A stretch of 55,446 bases of DNA, counting the filler, from Squatina squatina (lineage: Eukaryota), in assembly GCA_031763465.1 (NCBI GenBank). It is 2 parts of one record of this genome, joined end to end, with 100 filler letters (N's around TTAATTAATTAA, not from the genome) between each part and the next. Parts side by side here need not be neighbours in the genome. Positions count along the whole stretch, not along the records: positions 1 to 26,315 come from JARFOE010000013.1; 1 more part is not named here. One strand, 5' to 3'. Under the pieces are notes generated by a model. That model saw nothing but the letters and a program-made list of their open reading frames with translations. It had not been told where the DNA came from and made no database searches. Both the position numbers and the translations under genes were made by a program. Shown here in pieces: positions 1 through 12,262 of this stretch; the stretch's first letter is position 1; every line of letters begins with the position of its first letter.

Positions 1-659
1 AAGTGCAAAGCTCTTGATTACTCAGGCAGGCAGGATCTAATTACATACTCCAGACAAACTGCTGGGTGTGTCTGGTCCTCCAAGAGTCCAATCAAAACTC
101 TAGTCTTGTCCTCCAAGGGGTCCAATCAGAACTTTGGGGCTGCAAATAGTTATAGCCTTCTATGGTGGGTGTGGGGATGGGGCCAGCCACATTCTCCTGA
201 AGCAATATTTTAAGGAAACAACTCATTTCATTGTTGTCTTTTGTCTGGATAAAATTAGCACTCTCCCCTCCTTTAGTTCCACAACTATTATTGGGAACAA
301 TATCAGAATCAGATCTGTACTACAGGATGATTTTGTGGATGTAATTAAATATGCTATTGTATTAATTGAACAGTATAATTTAGATGATAAATAACCATGT
401 AAATATTCTTTAGTGTATTGCTGTCACTTACAGTAAGTACGGCTAAAGCTTTTGTAAAACCTCACTTATTTTAGAATCATACGCGTATCAACGATTCTTT
501 CATTATCATTTTGCCTCTGTAAAATGTGGAATATTTTTTCAATTGATTGAGTGAAAACTTTTATGTCTTGATAGACAAACAACATAAGTCACATACAGTA
601 AACCACGGATGGAAGGCTAAAACTTCATTTTTTTCTTGAGTGAAAACATCTGTACTTAC

Positions 660-789
660 ATTGTGCTTGGTAAGGCTGGATATATTAATTGCTAGTGCTT
701 GTAGCCAATCTATACAGTCTTCAGCAGTGAGACACTGAATGACACCACTGCATACTCCATCCACAGCAATTACTTGAAATGCATTTTGC
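660..789 (-). CDS. SNTG1: Gamma-1-syntrophin internal exon (130 bp; (R)QNAFQVIAVDGVCSGVIQCLTAEDCIDWLQALAINISSLTKHN)
   Basis: Near-identical to the recalled vertebrate SNTG1 peptide QNAFQVIAVDGVCTGIIQCLSAEDCVDWLQAIATNISNLTKHN; tag acceptor, gtaagt donor; phase fits the 1794-1924 exon. The gene continues beyond the window start. Confidence 0.95.
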
Positions 790-1108
790 CTACAAATGTC
801 ACAAGACACAGGAATAGAAAATTATTCAGTACTATACTGCAACCACAGTAAAAGTTTAGCGACACTGGCCTGAATTTTCCGCTTTGGGGCAATGTTCCCA
901 CAGGGCGGAACTCCCATCTTACCCCGATGAACCTGTCTCAACCCAAATCATTTCATTAGGTCCGAATTCACTCCAAAGTGGGATATTGAAAAAATCCATC
1001 TACTTTTCTGATGTTAGACTGAAACTAATTCTCAATGATGTGAAAGATAGAAATTTTACCAGAACTCATCACAAATGTGTTGCTAATTTGTCAGCCTGCT
1101 GACATAAT

Positions 1109-1667
1109 GGGCTGGATTTTCCTCTGCAAACCCACTCCAAATCAAATGGGACTGCAGCAGAAATGGTGGCAAAATGGGACACTGAGGCCTACCACTGATT
1201 GCCCATCCTGACCTGGATTTCTCATCTACACCGGGTGTGCTGCTGGTTTCCCTTTCGTGATGGGAAGGCAGAGCCCTGGTTTCCGGGAGATTGTCTTTCC
1301 ATTTACCCCTGTTACTGCTGTTCTCCAGGGCTGCCTAGAAAAAGGTGGCAGTAGGTTCAGGTCCAGGCCTAGGCAGTAATGGCCTGAAAGGCTCCTGTTG
1401 GAGGGAGTGGGCCTATTAGAGGTCTTCACTCCCTGCACTTTAGCCTCTAGATCTGTCAAGGTCTACAAATCATGTAAGTTTGTTCACCTTCAGGATTTTT
1501 TTGCCCCTTTAAAATGCCTCACTGCCCAGCGGGACTGTTTCATCTTTCTGGCCCAGCAGTGACGGGCTTCCTCTTGCGGGCAGAGATGCTGTCCACCCTT
1601 ATGACTAATGAGCCCCAGACCTGAGAAAATGGGTTATGGTCGCAGCAACAGGAGGAAAATCCAAGCC
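1109..1667. mobile_element. Non-autonomous TIR DNA transposon (MITE-like, probably PIF/Harbinger) in an SNTG1 intron
   Basis: Imperfect terminal inverted repeats GGGCTGGATTTTCCTC / GAGGAAAATCCAAGCC bounding a GC-richer block; no clean TSD. Confidence 0.55.
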
Positions 1668-1793
1668 ATATTGTGATCCTTGAGGAGAAGATTTGTTAAA
1701 TATTTAAACGTTAAATATACTGTGGCACCTCAATTCCAAGTACAAAACTTGAACATTAACTTGCCATAAATAAGTAATATTTTGAACCATTAC

Positions 1794-1924
1794 CTGGAAA
1801 TATCAGTTCCTGGGATATGGTGTGACAAACGAGAATGAAGAAGGGGGATTAGCTGCAGATCACACCATCGCTTCTCCCACTTCAGGCCTGAGGAGGTAGG
1901 CCATGAAGAACATGATAATGAATC
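1794..1924 (-). CDS. SNTG1: Gamma-1-syntrophin internal exon (131 bp; DSLSCSSWPTSSGLKWEKRWCDLQLIPLLHSRLSHHIPGTDISR)
   Basis: Manual translation matches SNTG1 DTLSCSSWPTSPGLRWEKRWCDLRLIPLLHSR; tttttcag acceptor, gtaatg donor. Confidence 0.95.
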
Positions 1925-2311
1925 CTGAAAAATATTAGTCATATTAAACTCTATAACTCATTCATAATAAAGGGGGTGAAATTGGGTACTTTTTAGNNNN
2001 NNNNNNNNNNNNNNNNNNNNNNNNNNNNNNNNNNNNNNNNNNNNNNNNNNNNNNNNNNNNNNNNNNNNNNNNNNNNNNNNNNNNNNNNNNNNNNNNAAGG
2101 CCGCGTCACTGTGCCCGAATGCTGCGGCTGGTTTCGGCACAGCCGAATTGGCGCCCCTAAATCTACTCATTCCTCAAGTACTTATTTTCTGAAAGGATGA
2201 CATTTCTACACTGGTGTCAAAATGTATATGTTATTCTGGATGAGCTGCACTCTAGTGTAGCAAAAAAAACCAAGAACAAGAACAAGAATCAGAAATTCAT
2301 CTTGTACTCAC

Positions 2312-2353
2312 CACTTCTTCATGTTTGCAGTTCCTAACATTTATTCCATTTAT
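2312..2353 (-). CDS. SNTG1: Gamma-1-syntrophin PDZ exon (42 bp; INGINVRNCKHEEV)
   Basis: Matches SNTG1 INGINVRKCRHEEV; tag acceptor, gtgagt donor. Confidence 0.93.
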
Positions 2354-2458
2354 CTAATGGTGCAGGGAAAGCAGGAAAGGACGAAANNNNNNNNNNCACT
2401 GCAGTTATCTGTGGTCAGCAGTAATTACTCGATTAAGAAAACATTACAGCATACACAC

Positions 2459-2502
2459 CTGAAGGACAGCATCTCCGATAAACAGCAAGCCGGATAGGTC
2501 AG
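2459..2502 (-). CDS. SNTG1: Gamma-1-syntrophin PDZ exon (44 bp; ADLSGLLFIGDAVLQ)
   Basis: Matches SNTG1 AELSGLLFIGDAILQ; aag acceptor, gtgtgt donor; phase 1 start fits the preceding exon. Confidence 0.93.
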
Positions 2503-2604
2503 CTTCACAAATAATACAAGAGAAAAAAAATCTCATGTCAAGCTACTTCATATTGGCATCTAAAGGTTAAAACAATAGAAAATTCAAAGACAAATATGTC
2601 ATAC

Positions 2605-2662
2605 CTCTTTGTTCTTTTGAGATTTTCGATATAATGACTGGAATATTGTGTTCAGCTCCACC
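2605..2662 (-). CDS. SNTG1: Gamma-1-syntrophin PDZ exon (58 bp; GGAEHNIPVIISKISKEQR)
   Basis: Matches SNTG1 GGAEHNIPVVVSKISKEQR; ttcttcag acceptor, gtatga donor. Confidence 0.94.
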
Positions 2663-2901
2663 CTGAAGAAATAGAATTGGAGGAGAACATTACAGACAGG
2701 AAATATAAGTGACATTTTTCAATAACGTATAATAGTGCAGGTATATTTACACGGTTGCTTGGATTACTATTGTACATTTGAATTAAAACTAGTGATAGTA
2801 ANNNNNNNNNNNNNNNNNNNNNNNNNNNNNNNNNNNNNNNNNNNNNNNNNNNNNNNNNNNNNNNNNNNNNNNNNNNNNNNNNNNNNNNNNNNNNNNNNNN
2901 N

Positions 2902-3890
2902 GTGAGTGAGTTGAATTTTCAAATGGTATACCCTACCAACTACACCATTAGCCTCTCGCACTACACAATTTGCTGCATCCCCATCACCCACTTAGGAACA
3001 GTCTCTATCAATCAGTACTTAACCCTTCAATCCATATGTTGAATCTCACCTACACACATTTAGCACTTGTGACTGCCTCACACCCACAACTCACAGCTCG
3101 CACATAATTACAACTATTCAACCATGACAGTCACATCTCTGAAACATATTGCAGGACACTTACTTAGACACTTCCCTTTCTCTTGCAGGCCATCTTTATT
3201 GCAGGAGATGGTAACGCATAACCGCAGGCAGGCACAAGAAATCGGGAGAGGATAAGCATGCCTGCACAATTTAACCCTCATGGAGGGGACAATTCTCCTT
3301 CTCTATTCCCACTTCTCCCCTCTCCCTCATCCCACAATCTCTTCTGACCCACAAGCTGTAAATGGTGGAAGCGTGCACTTCTCACACTCTCTGCTTCCCT
3401 CACCAGTATCGAGATCTTGTCCCTTTTTCATTTCAGATACCCAAGATGTGAAGCCTTACAGCAACTGGAGGAAGTGGAAGAAGACAGTGATGATGAAGAG
3501 ACATCGTCATTTGATCTTACACTCACAGCCACCAGCTCAGAGGCTGCAACTGCACATACTTTAGAGGGTAAGTTCGAGGAGGGATTTGCACGTGGTGTAA
3601 TATCGTGCACAACTGCTCAGGAGCTGGGATGGGGATGCAGGAGAAGGACTACAGGTGCCAGCTCACAATAGGGTGAGGTTGCACACTAATTTTAGTGCCA
3701 TGGAGTCAGATGGTGACTTTGATGGCCCAGAAGAAGAAGTCAAATAGGTGTACACAACCAAATGCTTGGTGTCCTGGAAAATCTGCGCACAATGTCAAGG
3801 ATCATGGAGACATCCACCTCCAACTTTGCATGGGGCTTTGTGCAGAGCTGGGAGCCCATCTGTTCCAATGTGGAATGACTGGTCACCTCA
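2902..3890 (+). mobile_element. Decayed Harbinger transposon, Myb/SANT-gene downstream exons
   Basis: cag|EMVTHNRRQAQEIGRG*ACLHNLTLMEG resembles the EKxAHNRR...TGGG...LTPMEE segment of Harbinger Myb/SANT proteins; followed by an acidic EEDSDDEETSS exon; in-frame stop. Confidence 0.55.
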
Positions 3891-4047
3891 AACATAGAAA
3901 CAGAGAAACGTAGAAACTAGGTGCAGAAGTAGGCCATTCGGCCCTTCGAGCCTGCACCGGCATTCAATATGATCATGGCTGATCCTTCAACTCAGTACCC
4001 CGTACCTGCTTTCTCTCCATAACCCCTGATCCCTTTAGCTGAAAGGG
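3891..4047 (-). mobile_element. CR1 LINE 3' end
   Basis: ORF2 terminus KGIRGYGEKAGTGY* and the typical CR1 3'UTR with a (TTTCTATG)-like tail. Confidence 0.85.
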
Positions 4048-4376
4048 NNNNNNNNNNNNNNNNNNNNNNNNNNNNNNNNNNNNNNNNNNNNNNNNNNNNN
4101 NNNNNNNNNNNNNNNNNNNNNNNNNNNNNNNNNNNNNNNNNNNNNNNCCCAAAAGTATACCTTATATTTTCTCTCCTGCAGACTGAGACAGCATTCAACA
4201 TACCAAATTGTTTGCCACACAATATTTTGGGCACTGATTCAAAAAAAATTGACAAGTTTCACAATAGATCTGGTAAAATGAATGCACTAACACAAAAAGT
4301 AGCTACCATTCATTTTAAATAACGAGGTACCGGACATCAATTATTAAAATTTTTGAAGCAAAAGGATGTTACTTAC

Positions 4377-4511
4377 ACTGGAATAGAAGGCTTCACTAGA
4401 CACACAGATAACGTCTTGCTCCTGAATTGTTAAAATGTCCTTTGCTAAGTGCAATCGCACTTCAAAAGGTTCTTGAGTTCCATCTTGTAGCAAACAAATC
4501 CCTGTCTTAGT
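4377..4511 (-). CDS. SNTG1: Gamma-1-syntrophin N-terminal exon (135 bp; TKTGICLLQDGTQEPFEVRLHLAKDILTIQEQDVICVSSEAFYSS)
   Basis: Matches SNTG1 TKTGICLLQDGNQEPFKVRLHLAKDILMIQEQDVICVSGEPFYSG; polypyrimidine tract plus aag acceptor, gtaagt donor. The ATG-bearing exon was not located. Confidence 0.95.
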
Positions 4512-5255
4512 CTTGGAAAAAAAGAAAAAGATTAGACTGATTTGGCTTGACAATGTTTTAGTTGTAAGAGGCACCAGTATTCTGAGTGACCTCATGTTTC
4601 TAAATACTGCAGGCAGCTTTTTTCATCCTGGCTAATGTTTAATACATAACGTATACAAAATAATATAGATTATAAAAGCCTGAAATGCACACTATTTCTG
4701 CTCTGGATGAGAAATATTATGCCCTTCTCCACAAAACATTAAGTACAGTTTTTAATATGTTCAAATGTAATGACAACAGAGAGGCAGCACTTTTTCTGTT
4801 GGAGCTGGTTCAAGTAGAAAATGGGGCCTCTGATGCAGAGAAAAAGGCTCAAATGCCCATCTGTTCAGAAGTGGCTGACACATTGCAAACTATCCTGTGT
4901 TGGTCCTTCCCAACGCACTGAAGGCAGCTGCTTGTCATACATCTGATTAGTAAACTCTAAAACTTAGGATGACAGTTGCTGACAGGCATTACCTGGAGGC
5001 TGGTTATGAAAACATGTGCTTATGTACCCAGGGCTCAGTGCCTACTGTGATTGGATTGTGGAAAGTTAAGCAGCTGCTGCTTAAGATCTGTACCCTCAAT
5101 TGGTGGAACCACCATTTGATGACGTCAGAGAGATGATGGCAATAGCCTTTCACATNNNNNNNNNNNNNNNNNNNNNNNNNNNNNNNNNNNNNNNNNNNNN
5201 NNNNNNNNNNNNNNNNNNNNNNNNNNNNNNNNNNNNNNNNNNNNNNNNNNNNNNN

Positions 5256-5480
5256 ACATGTTTAATTTAAGGCTTAACTACCCCCTTATGCTAATGTAAA
5301 CAGGCCCTATGCCTGCTTGCATCAACCGTAAGATTTACGTGGGCAATTGCTAGCCAGTTGCTGGGCAAATAGCTCCTAATGACAGGCTGCAAGTTCCGGA
5401 TTTCACACATGCGCAAGCGGAAATCTGGAACTTATGGGGCATTTCAAAGGGAGTATGAATATGTACTCAGAGAGCACGCT
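5256..5480 (-). mobile_element. Fragment of a palindrome-bearing non-autonomous DNA transposon family (also at 28047-28700 and 45911-46231)
   Basis: Reverse complement shares CTATTTGC...CAGCAA...CTTACG...ATAGGGCCTG.TTT...AGC.TAAGGG with 28130-28217; 14-bp inverted repeat at 5391-5433. Confidence 0.6.
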
Positions 5481-6347
5481 GTCACAGACAGCACAATTCC
5501 AGGGCCATTATATTTTCCAGAACTTATGTTTAGCACAAGGTAAATTAATTGAAAAGCTATTAGTTTCAGCAATTAGATTTCATGCCAGAGGTGTTGCTGG
5601 GGCACACCGTACTGAAGTAAACTGGTCTGTGTGGAGCAAATTTTCTCAATCCAATCAGTGTCTAATCATTGCAGAGATTTTTGTGAGAACTTCTATCTGA
5701 TGTACAGCACTAAATAGCTGCTTGTTGCTGATGCTTAGCATGTTAGGAGAGGTCTTCTTTTGACTTTGACGCATTTACTGTTCAGAAATGCAGCAGCAAC
5801 CTTGACATTCATATTAGCTGCATCAGCTCCAAAGAAATGTGTTTATAATTTGTTCTAATTATCATAATAAATTCTTGTAAGTAAACCTTTCATTTTGATT
5901 TTAGAAACAGTAGGCAGCATTAACCGTTTAATGAAGTGCAGCAGTAACACACATTCAATGTAAATTAAAATCTGGTGGCATATGTTAAGTATCAACCTAA
6001 AAACATGTATCTAAAGCAAGTCAATCAGACAGAATAGCAACAGTATAATACACCACAGATTTTACATTTGTTTGACCGGTTACATTTCTAATACAAAACT
6101 AAAGTAATTATTGGTTGATGTGGATGGAAACTGTATGAAGTTTCAATCTCTGTAACACCTGTATATGTATTGGTTTTGTAAGTGAAGTCTGATCAGGCTT
6201 GGTGACATCATTGAAGTTGTTGCCATTTGTTTGATCAAATGCTCACTNNNNNNNNNNNNNNNNNNNNNNNNNNNNNNNNNNNNNNNNNNNNNNNNNNNNN
6301 NNNNNNNNNNNNNNNNNNNNNNNNNNNNNNNNNNNNNNNNNNNNNNN

Positions 6348-6545
6348 AGAATGTGGAACTCGCTACAACAAAGAATAGTTGAGGTGACGAACATAGATGC
6401 ATTTAAGGGGAAGCTAGGTAAGCACATGAGTGAGAAAGGAATAGAAAGATATGTGATGGGGTTAGATGAAGTAGGATGAGAGTGTGGAGCACAAACACCA
6501 GCATGGGCCTGTTGGGCTGATTGGCCTGTTTCTGTGCTGTAAATA
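6348..6545 (+). mobile_element. CR1 LINE 3' end
   Basis: RMWNSLQQRIVEVTNIDAFKGKLGKHM is the CR1 ORF2 C-terminus, followed by a GGCCTGTTTCTGTGCTGTA tail. Confidence 0.85.
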
Positions 6546-6876
6546 ATACGTAACACCACAATTGATTTTCTCACCACAAGTGTCAAGGGTATTAATGGTG
6601 AGCAGTCTTACTCATAGTTTGTTGCAATGCTGGAAATTCTGATACAGATTTCCCTGACGTGTGTGTACGTTGAGTACTATCCTGAATCCATAGTCACTGA
6701 GATTGAAATTACAATGCAACTGAAACAGGATAATCTTCAGAGATAAGTATTTCAAAGAAGACATTTTACTTTGACACGTGCCACTAAATGTGAATTTAGA
6801 TATAAATCAGTTGGAATACATCTACTTTGTATCACTGGTCGTAAAATGTGGTTCAGTGTCAGATTTTGCCTGATAA

Positions 6877-6945
6877 CTCTCATGTGAAGTGCCTTGGGGA
6901 GTTTTACTACGTTAAAAGAGCTATATAAATGTAAGCTGTTGCTTG
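6877..6945 (+). mobile_element. L2 LINE/SINE 3' tail
   Basis: GTGAAGTGCCTTGGGGAGTTTTACTACGTTAAAAGAGCTATATAAATGTAAG resembles the shark L2-type tail. Confidence 0.6.
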
Positions 6946-7915
6946 TATAGGCTACTCCACCTAAAGGGACACTATATTCATGGAAAGCTGCTTATTACTT
7001 TCATCAGGATTATGTCACACACAATGGTGATCAATCTCAGTGCAATTTATGTCAAGTCACGTGTTAGCAAAAATAAAGAATTTTCCAAATCAGTTTTCAG
7101 CTGACAGTGTAAGATTTTATAATATGTGTGACTGCAAGCCAATACACCACTTACAATGTTACAAAAGGCTTATTTCCCTCCAAGTGCCCTATGTTGACTT
7201 TAGTGCTAATAGTTCCAGTCCTACCCATGCCATCCACTTCATGACTCATCATTCAACCACTTCGAATCATTCCTTTGTATTAACAGGTCAAGCCTTGTCT
7301 ACAAATATACGAGAATAATGATTGAACTACAGGTAAAGGGCAAATTGAATGCACAAAGTGCCTGGCATTGTTGAAGTGGCAGTTTTGTTTCTGTAGAACA
7401 ATGTTAAGTTGTCAGTTCCATTATTAGAGGTCAGCTTTATTGCTGTTGTCAGGCAACAGACGTGCCTAATAATTGAGTTGACATGTTCCCGATTATTTGT
7501 ATTATAAGAGCTTCTCTGCTAGGTTGAGGTTCATTAGAGTTCACATTCACTGTCAGTCATTTCTGACAAAAGTAATTGAATAAAAGACATACATTAATAT
7601 TATTTTCAATTTTGTTTAGGTTGAATTATGAGATTTTTTTAAACAGAGGTGATGCATTTAAATAAAAGACATCCACAATTTATATAAAGGTTTCAATATT
7701 TTGGCCAATAATCCTTTATACTATGATAAAAAGAATGTTAGCAATGTAGCGAGTGGTCACTCTCTTTACTTTTCAAGTAAGCCCTTTAATGGGCTTACAA
7801 AAGACCAAAGAGTCAGNNNNNNNNNNNNNNNNNNNNNNNNNNNNNNNNNNNNNNNNNNNNNNNNNNNNNNNNNNNNNNNNNNNNNNNNNNNNNNNNNNNN
7901 NNNNNNNNNNNNNNN

Positions 7916-8620
7916 NTGTCTGCCATCAATTCATAAATGGGCAACAACTTCCTCAACTTGAATTTTAGTTAGACGAAATTCATTTTATTTGGGTCCCAAC
8001 AAAAGCACTGCTTCGTTGCCAATGGCTCCCTCTCCGACTGCCCTCCTAGTCTGAACCCAATGGTGCAAAATATCCTGATTATCCTGTTCAACCCTTAGCT
8101 GAGCTGTAAACCTATTCATCACCAAAATTGCTTACTTCAATCTCCACAATATCACCTGCCTCACCTCACTGCTGCTGAAACTCTTGTCTGCAGTTTGATT
8201 ATTTCCAAATCCAACCTCTTCTTGCCCTTTCCACCATCCTCATGATCTTTCTGTATACAAGTCCAACTTGTCAAAAATTCTCTTACCTGAATTCTGTCCT
8301 GCAACTAAGTCTCATTCGTCCATTATTCCCATCTTCACCAACATCCACTCCCTCACTTTCCCACATTGCATTGAGATCAAAATCCACATCCTCAGTTATA
8401 AATTCTTGTATGGCCTCATTGCAATGCATCTTACTTCTTCAACCTTCTCTAGCTCGACAACCCATCTCATTCTCTTCAGTGCTGTGATTCTAATATATGT
8501 ATCATCACTTTTCCACTATTGATGTTAAACCCTTCAATCATCTCTGTTCTACATTTTGCAACTCTCATCCCTAGGCACCCCAACTTTGCTGGTTCTCTGT
8601 CTATCTTTAAAGGCCTTTTG
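7916..8620 (+). mobile_element. Degenerate L2 LINE ORF2 3' region
   Basis: Broken frames give MGNNFLQLN, ITKIAYFNLHNI and AAETLV, matching L2 WMxxNFLQLN...TAYFHLRNI...AAETLIHAF motifs. Confidence 0.75.
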
Positions 8621-10748
8621 ACTGCTCAGTGTCCATTTTGGGAATTAAATTTACATTAAAAATAGTTTTAAACATGAGATGTTGCACATAGCACATAGAG
8701 GAAATCTCCCCTTATTGTTTGTTTAAAGTTTTAAATATTAATTTTCAATATATACAGATACACAAAAAGGTTAAAGGAAGGCAATCAAATGAAGAGAGCT
8801 CTCCATGCAGTTCATTATAATGCTGTGCTTTGTTAGTCACCTGTTAAATAAACTACATTAAGCTGCAGTATCAGATTGGTTTGTCATTGAATTAGTGCTT
8901 TGTAATTTATTTCCTGGAAGTAACTACGAATTAAATGCGTTTAATTAAAGTTCATTTAAACTACAGCTTATCACAGTAGGTAAAAAGCAATAAATAACAA
9001 GTCACCATTGCTTCATGTGCGCTAATGTTGAAAGGAAATATTTTGATTAAGGTTTTTTTCCCCAAAAATTACAAGTTTACAGATTTTAATTATAGATTTT
9101 CACACAAGATGCCGATGACGATCTAACTGCATTTCTTAGGGCTCTTGGATGAACAAATTCCCTTTACACGTAAGGATTATTACTATTAATATTTAATTGT
9201 TTTACAGCTTGCACACTTTCTACTATTTCACTCCCCATTCAAATTATTGTCTGTACACTTCTGCTTCCAGCAATCAGCTGATGCACAACACTTGGGCCTT
9301 ACATTCTGGGGCTGCAGTGGTGCAGTCAGCCGCTACAGGTGTCCTTCCACTACAGCAGGACAAGCCTTGCATTTGTGCCAGTCATTTTTCAAAGGATGTT
9401 CATCCAATACGAGAAATTAAGATTCACAATCCGGACACACAGAATAGACCTGCCCAATCCCCTCCCAATCTGAACCCTGGCCAGGCAGCTCACTTCCTCT
9501 TTCCCAGGAATGTGTATTACAGGAGTCACTCATTCGATCCAGCAGCACAGCGCCAAGTGCCCTGTGTAGAGTTTCTGGCGTGCATTTTCCAACTCACCTC
9601 AGCCACTCACCGACTTGCAGATTTTTAAAAAATGGGCGTGCAATTCTTACCTTACTGCACTGCTGTGTTCTGCATTGAACAGAATAAAATAAATGAATAA
9701 TGCATCTGGGGCCCAAAGCAGTCCTTGAATACAGAGAATAATAAAAATGGAAACTGGTGGAAATACACAGCAAGGCCAATCAGCATCCGAAAAAGGCACA
9801 ACCTGGATGAATCGCTGCTTCCCTCAGAATCTGCGCTCTTGCACAATTTTTCCTTTTTTATTTCAGGTTTCTGCCTGTTTTTCTTCCATTTCTTTATCTC
9901 TCCAAATCAGAGTAGATTCGTCTGCACTGGTGTACACACCTTTGGCACTTGACCCAACACCCACCCACATTAAGTTTCCCTCGGGTTGGGAGGTCAGTGT
10001 TCTGGGTTAAGAAAACTGTGTAATGACGACTCTTTGGACTGTGGGGCAGGAGGTGCTCAGACTATTACCACTATTTGTTGTCCATATATTAGCTGAAATC
10101 TCATTCAGCACGGCATTCATCTTTAGTGTTACTTTCTAATTGACACATTGAAAAGGAGGAAACAAACACTCTTTCTAACAAAGACTAATGGAACAATAAT
10201 TAAAAGATGATGTTCCACGAATCAAGCAATTGACAGGGGTAAAGTCTGACAAGTGATTTAGAAATGATATATAAAGAACGGGTAGAGATACCATTATGCA
10301 CATGATGAGCATTCACTGGCTGCTAACATCGGTCTCCATATGAGTGACTGCTATATGCCATGTGGCTGCACGAGATGCAATTCTGTCACCAGGTTGTCGA
10401 GAGGTCCCCCTCTCACCGTCTCCCACCTCCAGCTGTTATGCAACTCCTGAGACNNNNNNNNNNNNNNNNNNNNNNNNNNNNNNNNNNNNNNNNNNNNNNN
10501 NNNNNNNNNNNNNNNNNNNNNNNNNNNNNNNNNNNNNNNNNNNNNNNNNNNNNACCAAATAATAAAGCAACGGCTTACGCATATGTGAATGGTTATTTTG
10601 AAAAATTAATTAGCTGCATGTATTTCAGAAATAGTTTAAGGCTCAGCAAGTTATAGTATCTTGTAGCTAAGCAATGGACTGTAGGGAAATGCTTTCTCCC
10701 CACCCCCACCTCCACTACCTGAGGTATTCATTTTTCATGTATTCATTA

Positions 10749-10945
10749 GTCAGCCTTGGCTCAGTGATAGCACTCGCACCTCTAAGTTTGCTCTTTGTGG
10801 GACCTTGCTGTGCACAAATTGGCTGTTGTGTTTCCCACCTTACAAAAGTGACAACACTTCAAAATGTACTTCATTGGCTGTGAAGTCCTTCAGGACGTCC
10901 TGAGATCCTGAAAGGTGCTATTTAAATTCAAGATCTTTTTTTCTT
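10749..10945 (+). mobile_element. Internally deleted DeuSINE (SacSINE1-like)
   Basis: tRNA-like head TCAGCCTTGGCTCAGTGATAGCACTC joined directly to the Deu-domain (TTTGTGGGACCTTGCTGTGCACAAATTGGCTG) and tail GGACGTCCTGAG...GAAAGGTGCTAT. Confidence 0.75.
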
Positions 10946-12110
10946 TCTATAATTGAAGCAATCATTTATTATATCCATAAACTAGAAGAGACATTCTGAG
11001 AATTCAGACCTCCACATTTAGGAACTGAGTTGCCACACTGAGCATATTTGTGAAGATTCTCTAAAAATAAAATCCTTACTTCCCCCAACAACATATGGGA
11101 AATGTTTCCTCCCAATCATTGGTAACAATTTCCAGTTCTGGGAGCACTTTCTGCAAACAAGCTCTCTTATAATGGCATTATTGAATCATCACTAGGAGGT
11201 GGGCAGCGTGGTATGGGTTAACCCGCCCTCAAATAGTTCCTCTGGGGAAATCTTTGGCTGAGATTGGTACATTGGTACAGACTGGATGAGATCTGTTAGG
11301 GACTAATGAGGCTTGATGTATGACATGGAAAGCACAATCACTTTATGCACTCTTCTCTCTCTAACCCTTCAAGGAAGAATTATATTGACTCCTTGAATGA
11401 GTACCTTCCTTTGATAATGGGGGAGAGAGGTTGAGTGAAAGTCAGGTTCTGAGTAGAGTCGCATTTGGGAAAAAAATCTATGCAATAATTTTATCCCTAG
11501 CACTAATATAGCCTGGGGAGAAGGATGGGAAATAGTAAATCATTTATGAGGATGATCACCTTCAGGTCTTTGTGACTGTCAATCTCAAATACTTTGGCTC
11601 AGGGGAACAGGAAGGAATGCAAAAGCTCCTCAGTGCCCAAGGTCAAATCTTTGAAATTATCTGCATGCAGAACCTACCTTGGAGAGAGAAGTGGATGGAT
11701 AGATATTGTAAAGTGGTCAGGCATGAATAGGTCTGAAGGTGAAAGGCATCCTCAGGCTCTCCATGACCAGAATTCTAGACAAAATAAAGTTGGTAGAGCT
11801 GTGTTTGGGAGGACCCTTAGGCAAGAACTAAGGAATTGCTGTTTTCTATGTTTGGTTATTTTAACTTAGTAGCCTGTTTTCTAAGTCACAGCTGGAACAC
11901 TGAGTACTATTTTGATAATTGGGTCTGATGTAGTAAAGATGAAACTGCCTCCATTTTGTCCTAATACTGTAAGAATGGCGGGGGGTGGACAGCAATAACT
12001 TCAGTATCACAAGGGATTACTTAATTAGCTGCAACATCATTTCTACTCAATAAAAACTCACAACTCCCACGATGACCTCGTAGGTAATGGTTGTAACACT
12101 AAGCCACCTT

Positions 12111-12262
12111 GATCCAACCATCTTCAGCTGCTTCCATCAATGACCAGTGCTTCATCACAAGGAGTGAGGCTGTTCACTGATGACTCCACAATGTTCAGCT
12201 ATGTTCACAAATCCTCCGATCACGAAGCAGCCCATGCTGGTCTACAGAAGGATATGGATAAC
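12111..12262 (+). mobile_element. CR1-group LINE RT fragment (same family as 29118-30208)
   Basis: PTIFSCF / LFTDDSTMFS motifs; the DNA is visibly similar to 29268-29420. Confidence 0.65.

Noticed and set aside
10749-10790. tRNA gene
   Set aside because: Only an A-box-like SINE head; no cloverleaf.
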